A DNA stretch of 64,000 nt, taken from contig OZ242041.1 of NCBI GenBank assembly GCA_965205215.1, positions 128,001 through 192,000 of the forward strand, read 5' to 3'. The stretch comes from Nitrosopumilus sp. (GTDB taxonomy: Archaea; Thermoproteota; Nitrososphaeria; Nitrososphaerales; Nitrosopumilaceae). Shown piece by piece: positions 10,293 to 20,840 of this stretch. Within the stretch, counting starts at the first letter, position 1; each line of letters opens with the position of its first letter. The notes under the pieces were generated by a model. The model was not told where the DNA came from. It made no database searches and saw nothing but the letters and a program-made list of their open reading frames with translations. The position numbers and the translations under genes were made by a program.

Positions 10293-10804
10293 CCCAAATT
10301 CCGTACATGCCGTCCAATATTTGGATTGGGCGAGGAGGGAGGATGGGGCAGGGGCGGAAAAATGGCACAATTCTCCAACCCCGTCTCAATTAGGAATCGC
10401 ACATGAGAGCGGGAGGGGGATCAGGGCGTGCCCAGAATCCCGTGACGAAGGCCTGCGGCTCTGAGACGCGGAGGGGCACGCTGCAAAATATGCCGCGGGA
10501 CAGACGCGTGGCCGCGGATCGAGTTATGGGCGGGGCACCGTACGGATTGTGGGGCGGGTGCGCCCTGCCATCAGGTGATAGGCTCTGTCCGGCCTGAGAG
10601 ACGTGTCGGCGTACTGCCTCATGTGAAGGCGCGTGCCGGACGGCATCGGAGAAGGTGGGCTGGAAGGCATGACCCGCGAGTTTGAAAACCGGCTGGCAAA
10701 AACAGGGGCGTCCCCCTGCACTGCGGCGCGACTGAGATCTCCACGCGTCCAAGAGCCATCAGTTTTAGATTCATTTAAAAAGAGCTCGGCGTGCCTGCTG
10801 ACTC

Positions 10805-10963
10805 ATGGCCGCCCGAAAGTCCACGCCGCGCAAAATTCGTCTGATTAAAAAGATAAAGCAGACCTCGCCCGTGCCGGCGTGGGTAATACTGAGGACCAAG
10901 CGGGGCGTCCGGACCAATCCAAAGCGCAGGCAGTGGCGCTCAACTGACGTAGAGGTGGGATGA
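10805..10963 (+). CDS. rpl39e: 50S ribosomal protein L39e
   Basis: Manual translation MAARKSTPRKIRLIKKIKQTSPVPAWVILRTKRGVRTNPKRRQWRSTDVEVG; directly upstream of rpl31e. Confidence 0.93.
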   Translation: MAARKSTPRKIRLIKKIKQTSPVPAWVILRTKRGVRTNPKRRQWRSTDVEVG

Positions 10964-10967
10964 GCAC

Positions 10968-11771
10968 ATGTCCGAAGAACTCGAGCGCGTTCATACGATA
11001 AACTTGGGCAAGGTATTACTGTCACAGCCGCAGCACAGGTCGGTGCGCGCGCTCAACATGATACGGGAGTTTGCCAGGCGCCACATGAAGACGCAGGACG
11101 TAAAGATTGACGAGGATCTGGCCCGCCAAGTGTGGTCAAGGGGAGCAAGGAGCCCGCCAAGAAGGATAAGGGTGCGAATGCACCGGACGGACATTGGGCA
11201 CATCCTGGTCTCCAGATATGACGGGCCTATAGAGCCGGAACCGGCAGCATCAGAGGCGCCCGCAGTGGAGGATGCCGCGGCGGCAACGGCAGCCCTCGAA
11301 GGATCCGCCGCGCTGGGGCCTGCCAAAGAGGCGCCGTCGCTTCCAGAACCCGGGACGGACGTGGCAGGAGACAGCCGCAGCGACAGTGACTCCGCATCAG
11401 ATACCAAAGCACCCGGTACGGTGGAAAAAACCTTGGACGGCGCGGAGGAACAACCACCAAGCGCCCCCGCCGAGAAGGTTGATGCAGCTGAGCAGGATAA
11501 AAGTGACGGGCCGCAGGCAAAAGCCGCGGATCCGGCAAATAATGACGATGAGGCAGGCGAGCTCGACGACGCGACGGGCACCGAGGCCAGAGCCGAACCC
11601 GGCGACGGCTCTGGTGCCGCCGACAGCGCCCCGCCTGCGCAAAAAGATACGGATTCCGGCGCTGAAAATGCAGGCGAAAACCCCGGTGCTCCGGACACAG
11701 GCTCCGAGCAGTCGGCATCTGGCGAGTCCCAGCCGCCTGCAGGCAAGGATGATCCTGACACCGCAAAGTAA
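10968..11771 (+). CDS. rpl31e: 50S ribosomal protein L31e with long acidic C-terminal extension
   Basis: ERVHTINL...RALNMIREFARRHMK..DVKIDEDL...VWSRG..PPRRIRVR, then ~180 aa A/D/E/P-rich tail. Confidence 0.9.
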   Translation: MSEELERVHTINLGKVLLSQPQHRSVRALNMIREFARRHMKTQDVKIDEDLARQVWSRGARSPPRRIRVRMHRTDIGHILVSRYDGPIEPEPAASEAPAVEDAAAATAALEGSAALGPAKEAPSLPEPGTDVAGDSRSDSDSASDTKAPGTVEKTLDGAEEQPPSAPAEKVDAAEQDKSDGPQAKAADPANNDDEAGELDDATGTEARAEPGDGSGAADSAPPAQKDTDSGAENAGENPGAPDTGSEQSASGESQPPAGKDDPDTAK

Positions 11772-12072
11772 CCTCTGTCAGCATCGTAATCTTCCGCATT
11801 CGCATCTGCATCATAGGCACCACTACAACTACACCCGCCTGCCAAATGCAATGAACGCGGCATCTTCATGCCGTGCGGTGGCAGGGGCCAAAATCACATT
11901 GCCGCTACAGGCAGCAGCTGCCACGCGCTTGCAGGCAGGCGCGCCGGGGATGCCCCAGAGATGCAGGAACATTCAGAACCCACGAACATGCCGGGCAGGG
12001 CCACAACATGCCCCCGCTGGCATCATTCTTCAAACCTGAGCAAAGCCGGCGGATGCCCGCGTTTGTAAAAGA

Positions 12073-13095
12073 TCACTCCAGCTGGTACATGCCGGACATC
12101 TCGCAGTCTATGCTGCATTCGGGAGTGGACCAGTCAAGCGTCTTGTCGGCGGGTATGGCCCCAAGCGGGTCATACTTTTCAAACTTTGCCATTCCCTGTA
12201 CGGTGGACATCATAATCACTCTCGACTCGTCAGAGGAGGCCGCCTGTATGGACGCCGTCTCGGCAGTTGATACCTGCGCGTCTTGGACGGAGTTGCCGCC
12301 GCCCCCAAGTACGCCCTCTGTAATGGCCGCGACGGAACGCAGCAGCCCCGCAGGCACGTCTTCGCCTCCTGCCACATACAGCACGGAATGCCTTATGGCG
12401 CCCGGACTCGTGCTGCCATACACGGTCTTGAGCGCGTCCCGGAGCGACTCCTCCAGGCTGTCACGGTTCCGGCCCGCCGCAAGCAGGCTCTCCGTCCCCT
12501 CCTCAAGTTCGGATCGGGTTACAAAGCCCACCGCATACATGACTGCCGCCTCTGCCACGTCGTAGCACTCTCTTGGCGACAGGTCGGGGTTGCTCTCCGA
12601 TATCGAATCATTGTCCACCACGGTAACGCACGCCGACGTCTCCCTGAGCCGCCTGAGCGCCACGCCTGCATGAAAGAGCCTTGACTTTTCGTGCCCGAAC
12701 GGCATGACTGCAAACGATACGAGTTTCGCATCCTCTGCGGCGCACGCCTCTGATACGGCCGGACATATGGCGCACCCCGACTTTCCTGCCAGGTTTCCCA
12801 TCAGTATGACAGTCGGGTGGCCCGATATGGCATCCCTTATCGCGTCGATCTTCTCATAGGCGGCCGCCCGTACCAGGCCGACTGTCGGGTTTATTACGGC
12901 GCCGGTGCCGACTGCCACTGTACGGGTGCTACGGCGGCTCTGTGGCGTGCCACCGTCCGGCGGTTCGAGATCGCCCTTGTCGTTGCTTATCAAAAGACTG
13001 TCGCATTCCAGTATATCCGATGCCCTTCTTGCCAGTTTCGAACCTGCTCCGCCTATCCCAACGACTAGCACGGGATCCTGCATCTGAAGAGACAT
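12073..13095 (-). CDS. ftsZ: divergent FtsZ/tubulin-family protein (thaumarchaeal type)
   Basis: VVGIGGAG, degenerate tubulin loop NLAGKSG, MPFGHE, VVDND. Confidence 0.82.
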   Translation of the reverse strand: MSLQMQDPVLVVGIGGAGSKLARRASDILECDSLLISNDKGDLEPPDGGTPQSRRSTRTVAVGTGAVINPTVGLVRAAAYEKIDAIRDAISGHPTVILMGNLAGKSGCAICPAVSEACAAEDAKLVSFAVMPFGHEKSRLFHAGVALRRLRETSACVTVVDNDSISESNPDLSPRECYDVAEAAVMYAVGFVTRSELEEGTESLLAAGRNRDSLEESLRDALKTVYGSTSPGAIRHSVLYVAGGEDVPAGLLRSVAAITEGVLGGGGNSVQDAQVSTAETASIQAASSDESRVIMMSTVQGMAKFEKYDPLGAIPADKTLDWSTPECSIDCEMSGMYQLE

Positions 13096-13236
13096 CTCTC
13101 AAGTGGTTCTGTACGCTTTGTTAAAAAAGAGCAGTACTTGACGCCAGCTGTTCTTTTGATCGAAAAAAATTAACAAGCGATCGCCGCATGCGACATGCTA
13201 CAGTCGTGACATGCCGGAGGTCAGGCATGGTCACAA

Positions 13237-14538
13237 TCAGGCTGCGATCAGTCCTGACAGGTAGTTTCTGCCAGAGCCGGTGATCCGTACCGTCCGCCAC
13301 TGTCCCAGCAGGTGCTCCTGGCCGCCGCTGCCGGCGCCGTCCGCCAGGTATATGGGCTTGTATGCGTGGTTCCTGCCCCTGATGCCGGACTCTGTCAGTT
13401 CGTCGAACAGCACGGGTCCCTTCCACCCGATCCACCTGCGGTTCGACTCCTCGGAGATCCTCGCGACGTGCCCGGTCATGACGCGGCTGCGCCGCTTTAT
13501 CTCCGACGGGTCGACGCGGTCGGGCCTCTCGGCCGCGTCCGTTCCGGGGCGGGCGCTGTACTTGGAGAGGTTTACTATGTCTGGCACGGTCTGCCAGAGC
13601 AGTCTTGCGGTGTCCTCAAACTCCGACTCGGTCTCCGACGGGAACCCCACTATCACGTCAGTTGATATAGTGATGTCCGGAAATATGCGGCGGGCCTCGT
13701 CTACAACCCTGCGGAACGTGTCGGCGGTGTGCCCCCTTGCCATCTCGTGCAGCACGCGGTCGCTTCCGCTCTGCACCGGCACGTGCAGGAATTTGAAGAC
13801 CTTGTCTGACTTGAGCGACTCCAGCAGCCTGCCCCTGATTCGGGGCATGTACATGGGGTTCATCATCCCGACCCTTACCATGCAGCCGTCCGGGATGGCG
13901 TCCGATACGGCGTCGACAAGCTCGGGCAGGTCGGTCCCAATGTCAAGCCCGTAGCATCCGTTGTCGGTGGACGTCAGCCAGATCTCCTTGCAGCCGTCGG
14001 CAACCTCGCTCCTGGCCTGCCTTACTATCTGCCCCGGCCTGTAGCTTGTCAGCCCGCCCTTTGCAAGCTTTGTCTGGCAGAACGTGCACTCGCTCATGCA
14101 CCCGCTTGCGATCTCTATTATGCCGACGGCGGGGTTGAGCCTGACCTTTGGCAGCCCCACCTTTGGCTCCTGCCTGTCGGCCATGTCGATAGTCTTGGTC
14201 CCGCCAAGCGCGGACTGCACTATGCGGAGCGTCTGGCCTATGGCTCCGGGGCCCATCATGCTTGCCTCCCCTGCGGCCCTCTGCACGGTGCGCGGCTCGG
14301 CCTTTGGCAGGCAGCCTGCCACTATCAGCGGCTCGTCTGCCGCGCCAAGCGACTTGATGCGGTGGAGCATCCTCTTTGCGGTGGCGTCCTTTACAGAGCA
14401 CGTCACTATGAGGTTCAGGTCAGACTGCGACGGGTCCTCGGCCAGGGTGTGTCCGCCGTTGCGTATGATTCCAGATATCATCTCAGAGTCCGCGAAGCTT
14501 GCAGAGCACCCGTACGCCTCTACGAATATCCGCGCCAT
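13237..14538 (-). CDS. MiaB/MtaB-like tRNA methylthiotransferase (radical SAM, TRAM)
   Basis: YGC...TCSVK...GC UPF0004 cysteines; GCMSECTFC; HVPVQSGSD; TDVIVGFPSET. Confidence 0.92.
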   Translation of the reverse strand: MARIFVEAYGCSASFADSEMISGIIRNGGHTLAEDPSQSDLNLIVTCSVKDATAKRMLHRIKSLGAADEPLIVAGCLPKAEPRTVQRAAGEASMMGPGAIGQTLRIVQSALGGTKTIDMADRQEPKVGLPKVRLNPAVGIIEIASGCMSECTFCQTKLAKGGLTSYRPGQIVRQARSEVADGCKEIWLTSTDNGCYGLDIGTDLPELVDAVSDAIPDGCMVRVGMMNPMYMPRIRGRLLESLKSDKVFKFLHVPVQSGSDRVLHEMARGHTADTFRRVVDEARRIFPDITISTDVIVGFPSETESEFEDTARLLWQTVPDIVNLSKYSARPGTDAAERPDRVDPSEIKRRSRVMTGHVARISEESNRRWIGWKGPVLFDELTESGIRGRNHAYKPIYLADGAGSGGQEHLLGQWRTVRITGSGRNYLSGLIAA

Positions 14539-14722
14539 TACGGGCGCCTCCAGGTCCGCACCGTCGTCGTCGCCGCACAGTGGGGGTGCTGGGCGCCCGA
14601 CTCCGTCGCCGCCGCTGCAGTCGCCGCTGCAGCCGGCAATCTCAACGGTGCCGTAATCGCAGTCTTGCGTGCCAGTAGTGGTGCCGCGGCCAACAGTTAT
14701 CGTCCCCTTCTTGCCGCCGCCA

Positions 14723-16087
14723 CTATTTGAGCAGCGCGTCAAACTCGCGTTCTGTTATAATGTTCTCTGACACGGCGAGATCCCTTATGGTCCTGCCGGT
14801 CTTTATGGACTCTTTGAAGAGATCGGCCGCGCGCAGATACCCTATCTTTGGGGCAAGCAGCGTCACTATAACGGGGCTCTCCTCTATGTACTGCTGCAGC
14901 TTTTCCCCGTTTGCCACCAGCCCGTCTATCAAGTTCGCCGCAAATATCGGAACGAATCTCTTTATCATGTCAGTCGACTCTAGTACGGAGTTGAGCATTA
15001 CGGGCAGCATCACGTTCAGCTCAAACTGCCCCGCGTGTGCGGCGTACGCGACCGTGGCGTCGTTTCCTATAACCTCAAAGCACACCATGTTCATGCATTC
15101 TGCAAGCGAGGGGTTCACCTTGCCGGGCATTATAGAAGAGCCGGCGTGGACTGCGGGTATCCCTATCTCGGCGAGGCCCGCCACGGGGCCGGACGCCATC
15201 AGCCTGATGTCGTTTGCAAGGCGCCCCATCTCGAGCGCTAGGTTGCGCAGGGCTCCCGACGTTGCCGCCACCGCCGCCCTGCTCTGAAGCCCGTACTGCA
15301 TGTCCCTCTCCGGCTTCAGTCCGAGCCCGGATATCCTCGCAAGCTCCGCCACTGCCGCCGAACGGTACCCCCTTGGCGTGTTTGCGCCGGTTCCTACCGC
15401 GGTGCCGCCGAGCGCCACGAAGCGCAGGGCCTTCTTCGTGGACTCAACCGCGTCGACCGCGTTTGACAGGGCAGTCGTATGGGCCGCAAACTCGCCGCCG
15501 AGCGTGACCGGCAGCGCGTCCATAAGGTGCGTCCTTCCCACCTTCTTGAATCCCGCAAACTCGGCCGCCTTTGCATTCAGGGACCCTACCAGCGTCCTGA
15601 GCGCGGGCACGGCCTCGTTCAGGTTCATCAGTATCGACATGTGCATCGCGGTGGGATACGTGTCGTTGCTTGACTGGGACATGTTGACGTGGTCGTTTGG
15701 GTGCAGGTGCTCGTACCGGCCCCTTCCCTTTTTGAGGATGCGGTGCAGGGCCACGTTTGCAATCACCTCGTTGGCGTTCATGTTAAACGCGGTGCCGGCG
15801 CCGGAGTTTATCATGTCCACTGCAAACTGATCCCTGTGCCTCCCCGCCAGTATGATATCGCACGCGGACATTATCGCGTCCGCCCTGTGAGCGTCAATGG
15901 CACCCGCCTTTTTGTTTGCGGCCGCGGCTGCGCGCTTTATCATGACAAAGGAGCTGATCAGGTGCTCGTGCGCCGTCCGGCCCGTGACGTGATACTGCTT
16001 GAGGGCCCTGCCCGTAAAGGCCCCGTAGTACGCGTCGGCGGGTACCTTCACGTCGCCAAGGGAGTCCCGGTCGATCCTGTATTTCAT
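14723..16087 (-). CDS. class II fumarase / aspartate ammonia-lyase family
   Basis: GSSIMPGKVNP signature, HPNDHVNMSQSSNDTYPT, GRTHLMDA. Confidence 0.92.
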   Translation of the reverse strand: MKYRIDRDSLGDVKVPADAYYGAFTGRALKQYHVTGRTAHEHLISSFVMIKRAAAAANKKAGAIDAHRADAIMSACDIILAGRHRDQFAVDMINSGAGTAFNMNANEVIANVALHRILKKGRGRYEHLHPNDHVNMSQSSNDTYPTAMHMSILMNLNEAVPALRTLVGSLNAKAAEFAGFKKVGRTHLMDALPVTLGGEFAAHTTALSNAVDAVESTKKALRFVALGGTAVGTGANTPRGYRSAAVAELARISGLGLKPERDMQYGLQSRAAVAATSGALRNLALEMGRLANDIRLMASGPVAGLAEIGIPAVHAGSSIMPGKVNPSLAECMNMVCFEVIGNDATVAYAAHAGQFELNVMLPVMLNSVLESTDMIKRFVPIFAANLIDGLVANGEKLQQYIEESPVIVTLLAPKIGYLRAADLFKESIKTGRTIRDLAVSENIITEREFDALLK

Positions 16088-16589
16088 ACGTGGCCTGCGG
16101 ACGGGCCCCGCTATATTCACTTCTCTTTACGCGCCGGAACCCTGCAGGGGGCCTGCAGGAAGCGCCGGGCCGCCCGCGCATCATGCCGCCCGAACCAGCA
16201 CCCTCGCATACCGCAGCCAGTCGCCTGCAGGCTTGCTGCTCAAAGGCGTCAGGGCGCATCCATAGATCGCCCATATCCTTCACTTTGCAATTTTCAAGAG
16301 ACTTTGCGTATCAGTTTTCTAGAACCGTCATCCGGAACCCAGGCCCGTACCTGATCGCAACCGACCGGAGGATTTGATTTTTGTGCCACTAGCTTTTTGC
16401 ACAATATATCGTATTGACGTACGGGGCCGGGCTTGAGATCAGCATCAGTCCGGTTCCCCGCCGGGGTGTTGCGGTTCCGTTTCACCCGGCGGTTCCAACA
16501 GGCTGGCATGCAACTTTGCAACATCATGGGGGGGTGGGTAACACGTCTTGGTTTTGGAGAAGTCACCAATTCGCACGAGCCCGTCTACG

Positions 16590-16610
16590 TTTAGTATATA
16601 TTCTATAAAA
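16590..16610 (+). promoter_or_regulatory. TATA-like promoter of nirK
   Basis: tttagtatatattctataaaa about 15-35 nt upstream of ATG 16625. Confidence 0.55.
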
Positions 16611-16624
16611 TAAGCCAACCGGCA

Positions 16625-18037
16625 ATGAATAAGCGTATCAGCATGCTCTTTACTGTCGCGGCAGTGGCAGTGATGGGCGCGACCTTATTCGGAAGTACAT
16701 ACACGCAGACCCAAATCTCTGGACAGTCTTTGGATCTCACGCAGATGGACGCCGACGTGATGGAACAGATTCATCAGATGGGCGGACTGAAGCTGATGAT
16801 GCCAGAGGCCTTTGCAGAGACTGACTGTGGCGTATTGGAGACATCAGGAAGGACAGTTCACAACTTTGATCTGACCGCCGAGAGCGTCGAGCTCCCCATA
16901 ATGGGAGGCAAGACGTACCACGCCATGACGTTCAACGGCATGGTGCCTGGACCCACAATCAGGGTCATGCAGGGCGACGTGATCAAGATGACTCTGACCA
17001 TTCCCGACGACGAACCGGTTGCACACGGCAACGACATGCACGCGTCCCAGATAACTGCGGGAGCCTTCGAGTCCGTAAACCCGGGTGAGACAAGCCAGTA
17101 CTGCTTTATTGCAGAATCAGCAGGTATGTTCAAGTACCACTGCTCTGGCGTCAAGCTTGCGGCCATGGACCAGCACGTGCTCTCAGGCATGTACGGGATT
17201 GCAATCGTCGATCCTGCAAACGGCTACAAAAAGCTGATGGTCGAGAAGACCAGCGGCAGTGGCGAGCTCAAGCGCATGTTCTACGACGCAGACGCGCTAG
17301 AGTTCCAGCTCCAGTACAACCAGCTCTACCTGACCCCGGAAGGCAACTTTGATCAGGCCGCAATGTTCAAGCACCAGAACACGGGAACGGTTGTAAACGG
17401 GTACCAGTTTGGATACGTTCCGAACATGGCCCACAACCTGCTCGTCAACGGTGACACAAACAAGAACATCTTTGTTGCACAGCCCTGGAACGGCATCGAG
17501 CTAAAGCAGCACCAGTCACAGCTTCTCTTCGTAGAGAACGATCAGCACGTAAGGCTGTTCATAGAGAACCAGGGCAACGAGCCGGTCTTCTTCCACATAG
17601 TGGGAGAGATCCTCGACAGGGTGACACAGGGCAACAGGGTCCAGTCCGCAGCAACCGAGACATGGCTGCTTGGCGGGTCTCAGGGCATGATCGTTGACCT
17701 CGTGTTTGACGAGCCGGGCGTATATGCAGCAGTCAACCACGACTATGCGGCAATCTTTTCAGGAGCCGCCACAGTATTCGTGGCCGGCGACCCGTTCAAC
17801 CTGAACCCAGTTCTGGTTGAGAAAGGAGTCCTACCGGAGCCTGTTCCATCCTATGCGTACGCGCTGGGCAACCCGAGTGACGCTGTTCCCCCGATGGGAA
17901 TGAACAGCATTGCACACCCCGCCATCAACATACACGGTCTGTACACCGACGAAGTGGCTGCAGAGATGCAGGAGTCCGGTGACTATGTCGCACTCTGGGA
18001 GGTAATCCCGGTAGTGGCAGAGATACTTACTTCCTAA
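16625..18037 (+). CDS. nirK: copper-containing nitrite reductase (archaeal NirK)
   Basis: Signal/TM N-terminus; HGNDMH, YHCSG...DQHVLSGM (type 1/2 Cu ligands), FHIVG, VNHD. Confidence 0.93.
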   Translation: MNKRISMLFTVAAVAVMGATLFGSTYTQTQISGQSLDLTQMDADVMEQIHQMGGLKLMMPEAFAETDCGVLETSGRTVHNFDLTAESVELPIMGGKTYHAMTFNGMVPGPTIRVMQGDVIKMTLTIPDDEPVAHGNDMHASQITAGAFESVNPGETSQYCFIAESAGMFKYHCSGVKLAAMDQHVLSGMYGIAIVDPANGYKKLMVEKTSGSGELKRMFYDADALEFQLQYNQLYLTPEGNFDQAAMFKHQNTGTVVNGYQFGYVPNMAHNLLVNGDTNKNIFVAQPWNGIELKQHQSQLLFVENDQHVRLFIENQGNEPVFFHIVGEILDRVTQGNRVQSAATETWLLGGSQGMIVDLVFDEPGVYAAVNHDYAAIFSGAATVFVAGDPFNLNPVLVEKGVLPEPVPSYAYALGNPSDAVPPMGMNSIAHPAINIHGLYTDEVAAEMQESGDYVALWEVIPVVAEILTS

Positions 18038-18047
18038 AACAGCACTC

Positions 18048-18074
18048 TTTTTATTTTATTTTTATTTTATTTTT
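18048..18074 (+). terminator. oligo-T terminator after nirK
   Basis: T-rich tract directly after the stop codon. Confidence 0.7.
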
Positions 18075-18202
18075 CAGCGGCGGCGCGCCATTCGGAGCCG
18101 CGGCCGTCGGTCACGCCCCCCCCCCCCTGCGGCGTGATCTCGCATGCGCCGCCGACCCGCGGCACGCATACAAGTTATATTTTGCAGATGCTCAGCGCCG
18201 GC

Positions 18203-19135
18203 ATGGGACTTGACGGAAGAGCGCTGGTATGCGACGAGGTCGATCCCATACTGCAGAAGATACTCGGGGACAACGGCGTGCGCGTCTCGTACGAGCCCGA
18301 GATAAAGCCGGACCAGATTCTGGAGCGCATACAGGACTTTGAGATTGTCGTGGTCAGGAGCCGCACCACAATAACGCGGCAGATGATAGAGCGGGCGTCT
18401 CGATGCAAGATAATAGCACGGGTGGGGGTCGGACTGGACAACATAGATCAGGACGCGGCAAGAGAGAAGGGCATACGCGTGATAAACGCGGTGGAGGGCG
18501 CCATGAACGCAGTAGCCGAACTGGTACTGGGCATGATGCTCTCACTCGCGCGCCATACGGCCCGTGCGGACAGGGCCATCAGGGACGGAAAGTGGCTCAA
18601 AAAGGAGCTAAAGGGCACCGAGCTGCGCGGCAAGTACCTGGGAATAGTGGGGCTGGGCAACATTGGAAAGAGGCTGGGAAGGCTCGCCCGGGCCCTGAAC
18701 ATGAACATAATAGGGTACGACGTGGTCCCGATAGACGAGGAGTTTGCAAAGGAGGTCGGGCTGATAAAGGCCGATCTTGACACGCTCTTGAAGAGCTCCG
18801 ACTATGTGTCGCTGCACGTGCCGCTGCTCGACTCCACGCGCCACATGATTGACGCGCAAAAGATGTCGATTATGAAGAATACCGCAGTGTTGATCAACGC
18901 GTCCAGGGGCGGCGTGATAGACGAGGACGCGCTGTACGATGCTCTGTCCTCCGGGACACTTGGCGGGGCCGGGCTGGACGTCTTTGAGGAGGAGCCCGCG
19001 GTAGGAAGCCGCCTTGCCGAGCTTGACAGCGTGGTCATGACCCCGCACATAGGCGCCCAGACAAAAGAGGCCCAGTCGCTCGCGGCCAACGTCACGGGCG
19101 AGAAGATAGTCCAGATATTGCGCGGCGTCATATGA
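18203..19135 (+). CDS. serA: D-3-phosphoglycerate dehydrogenase / D-2-hydroxyacid dehydrogenase
   Basis: RVGVGLDNID, GLGNIG, INASRGG, LDVFEEEP, TPHIGAQT; start chosen ~25 nt after TATA-like ttatat at ~18175. Confidence 0.88.
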   Translation: MGLDGRALVCDEVDPILQKILGDNGVRVSYEPEIKPDQILERIQDFEIVVVRSRTTITRQMIERASRCKIIARVGVGLDNIDQDAAREKGIRVINAVEGAMNAVAELVLGMMLSLARHTARADRAIRDGKWLKKELKGTELRGKYLGIVGLGNIGKRLGRLARALNMNIIGYDVVPIDEEFAKEVGLIKADLDTLLKSSDYVSLHVPLLDSTRHMIDAQKMSIMKNTAVLINASRGGVIDEDALYDALSSGTLGGAGLDVFEEEPAVGSRLAELDSVVMTPHIGAQTKEAQSLAANVTGEKIVQILRGVI

Positions 19136-19174
19136 CGGCGCAGTTGTGACTACATCAACGCCAATACAGGTGCA

Positions 19175-20317
19175 GTGCCGCGCGTCGTGCCGCTCGGGGC
19201 ATGGCGCGCCAGCTTTCATGCAATCAATACTTTTAACAATAACTTTGCCACCTCACCGCTATTGGGCCATGCGGATTGTCGTGCACGTGCGCTTCCTTGC
19301 AGGCTGCCACCTCTGCACGCGCGTGCGCTGCCTGCCGTCATGCTGGCGTGCGCCGCAGTCGTGTTGTTACTGGCCGCCTCTTCTTCCGCATACGCACAGG
19401 CCGTGGACCTGTCCGATGTCCGCTCTGACATGTCCGACGGGGCCCCCGAGGTGCTCGAGTATGAATCGTCCGGACTGAACGTCACGGGCGCCGAGCTGTT
19501 GGATTTCCCGTTCCTCTCCATATCGATAGAGTTTACGGATGACGCGGGGGATCGCGCGCTGACCATGTTCTTTACAGACCCACTGTTTGATCCGGTGTTT
19601 GATCCTGACGGCTACCAGCTTGACGTGATCACGGACGTAGGGCTGCATGACTCTTTTGAGACGTCGGGGAGAAACATGACGATAACAAACCTGCCTGTCG
19701 GAATTGAGTCTATTGACATCTACCTCTCGGCCCGCGACGTGGCAGAGGATGCAGTCCCAGACGGCGATTCGTCGACGGTCCAGGATCCGAATCCGGACAT
19801 GGCCGATGCAGGAGCGTCCGGTGACGAGGCTGCAGGCGAGGACGGCGCCGCGCCGGAGCAGGTGACGGACGCGCCGGAAGACGTGGCGGACGAGGAACAA
19901 CCCGCGCCGGAGGATGCCACAGGTGATGTTGCCGTGGATGACGACAGCGACGTGACAGGCGGTATGCCGTCTGAGGCAGGCGAACCGCAGGATGTGGCCG
20001 ATACGGCAGACGAGGCGCCGCCGCAGCTGGCAGAGGACGGGCCGGCATCCGGCGAGCCTTCCACCGGGTGCGGGCCCGGAACCGTGTTGGTGGACGGCGT
20101 GTGCATGATTGAGGGGATGGCAGAGTCTGACACGGAGCAGGAGGCGGAGTCAGACACCACACTCGCGTCCCAGAACGGCGACAGCGGCGCGCGTGCAGAC
20201 GTCAGCGGCCCGACATACAGAGACCTAGTGTTCGGCACGGCCGGCGGATTTCTGGCTGCAGGAATCATTGGAGTGATACTGGCCCTCATATACCGGGCAA
20301 ACAGGCGCAAGCGCTAG
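19175..20317 (+). CDS. acidic secreted/membrane-anchored surface protein (start uncertain, possibly 19340)
   Basis: Signal-like LLLAASSSAYAQ, D/E-rich stalk, CGPGTVLVDGVC mini-motif, C-terminal TM plus RRKR. Confidence 0.7.
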   Translation: MPRVVPLGAWRASFHAINTFNNNFATSPLLGHADCRARALPCRLPPLHARALPAVMLACAAVVLLLAASSSAYAQAVDLSDVRSDMSDGAPEVLEYESSGLNVTGAELLDFPFLSISIEFTDDAGDRALTMFFTDPLFDPVFDPDGYQLDVITDVGLHDSFETSGRNMTITNLPVGIESIDIYLSARDVAEDAVPDGDSSTVQDPNPDMADAGASGDEAAGEDGAAPEQVTDAPEDVADEEQPAPEDATGDVAVDDDSDVTGGMPSEAGEPQDVADTADEAPPQLAEDGPASGEPSTGCGPGTVLVDGVCMIEGMAESDTEQEAESDTTLASQNGDSGARADVSGPTYRDLVFGTAGGFLAAGIIGVILALIYRANRRKR

Positions 20318-20838
20318 TTGCAGGCCAGATCGGCCGTCCTCATGACACGGTCAAACTCGAGCGCCGACATCTGCGAGGTGGCGTGGTATGGAATCAGTCC
20401 CAGTATGGGCGTATATGTCTGGGTTGTGAGTATAATCTGCCCGGGGTCGACCCTAAACTCCCCGTTGCTGATCCCAAAGTCGACTGCCATGAACATCTGA
20501 TGCGAGCTGGCCACCTGCTCTGATCTGAACGTGCCCTCGTACACGTCTGATGCAAGCGGGTCCATACTGATGGGCCCCACGGTGTATGTGCCGATGTCCT
20601 TCCCCTGGTAGTATGCCGTAACCTCGAGCCTTTCAATGCTTGTCCAAAACGGCAAGGTATTGCAGAACTCCAGACTCCCGCCAGTCGCCATCTTGAAAAA
20701 CGAGAACATTCCGGGGGAGTCCCACCGGTACTGCATCTGCTCTGCACCGGCAATGTTTGCGGCTGACACTGCAAACGGGGCTGCAATGACGGCGATCGCC
20801 ACCGCGGTGATTATGGTATGCTTGTCCATCGCACCCAC
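20314..20838 (-). CDS. hypothetical membrane-anchored protein
   Basis: N-terminal TM, protein-like composition, abuts neighbours. Confidence 0.65.
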   Translation of the reverse strand: MGAMDKHTIITAVAIAVIAAPFAVSAANIAGAEQMQYRWDSPGMFSFFKMATGGSLEFCNTLPFWTSIERLEVTAYYQGKDIGTYTVGPISMDPLASDVYEGTFRSEQVASSHQMFMAVDFGISNGEFRVDPGQIILTTQTYTPILGLIPYHATSQMSALEFDRVMRTADLACN

Positions 20839-20840
20839 CG

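Noticed and set aside
12073-13095. FtsZ lacking GGGTGTG as a novelty
   Set aside because: Divergent FtsZ is an established thaumarchaeal trait
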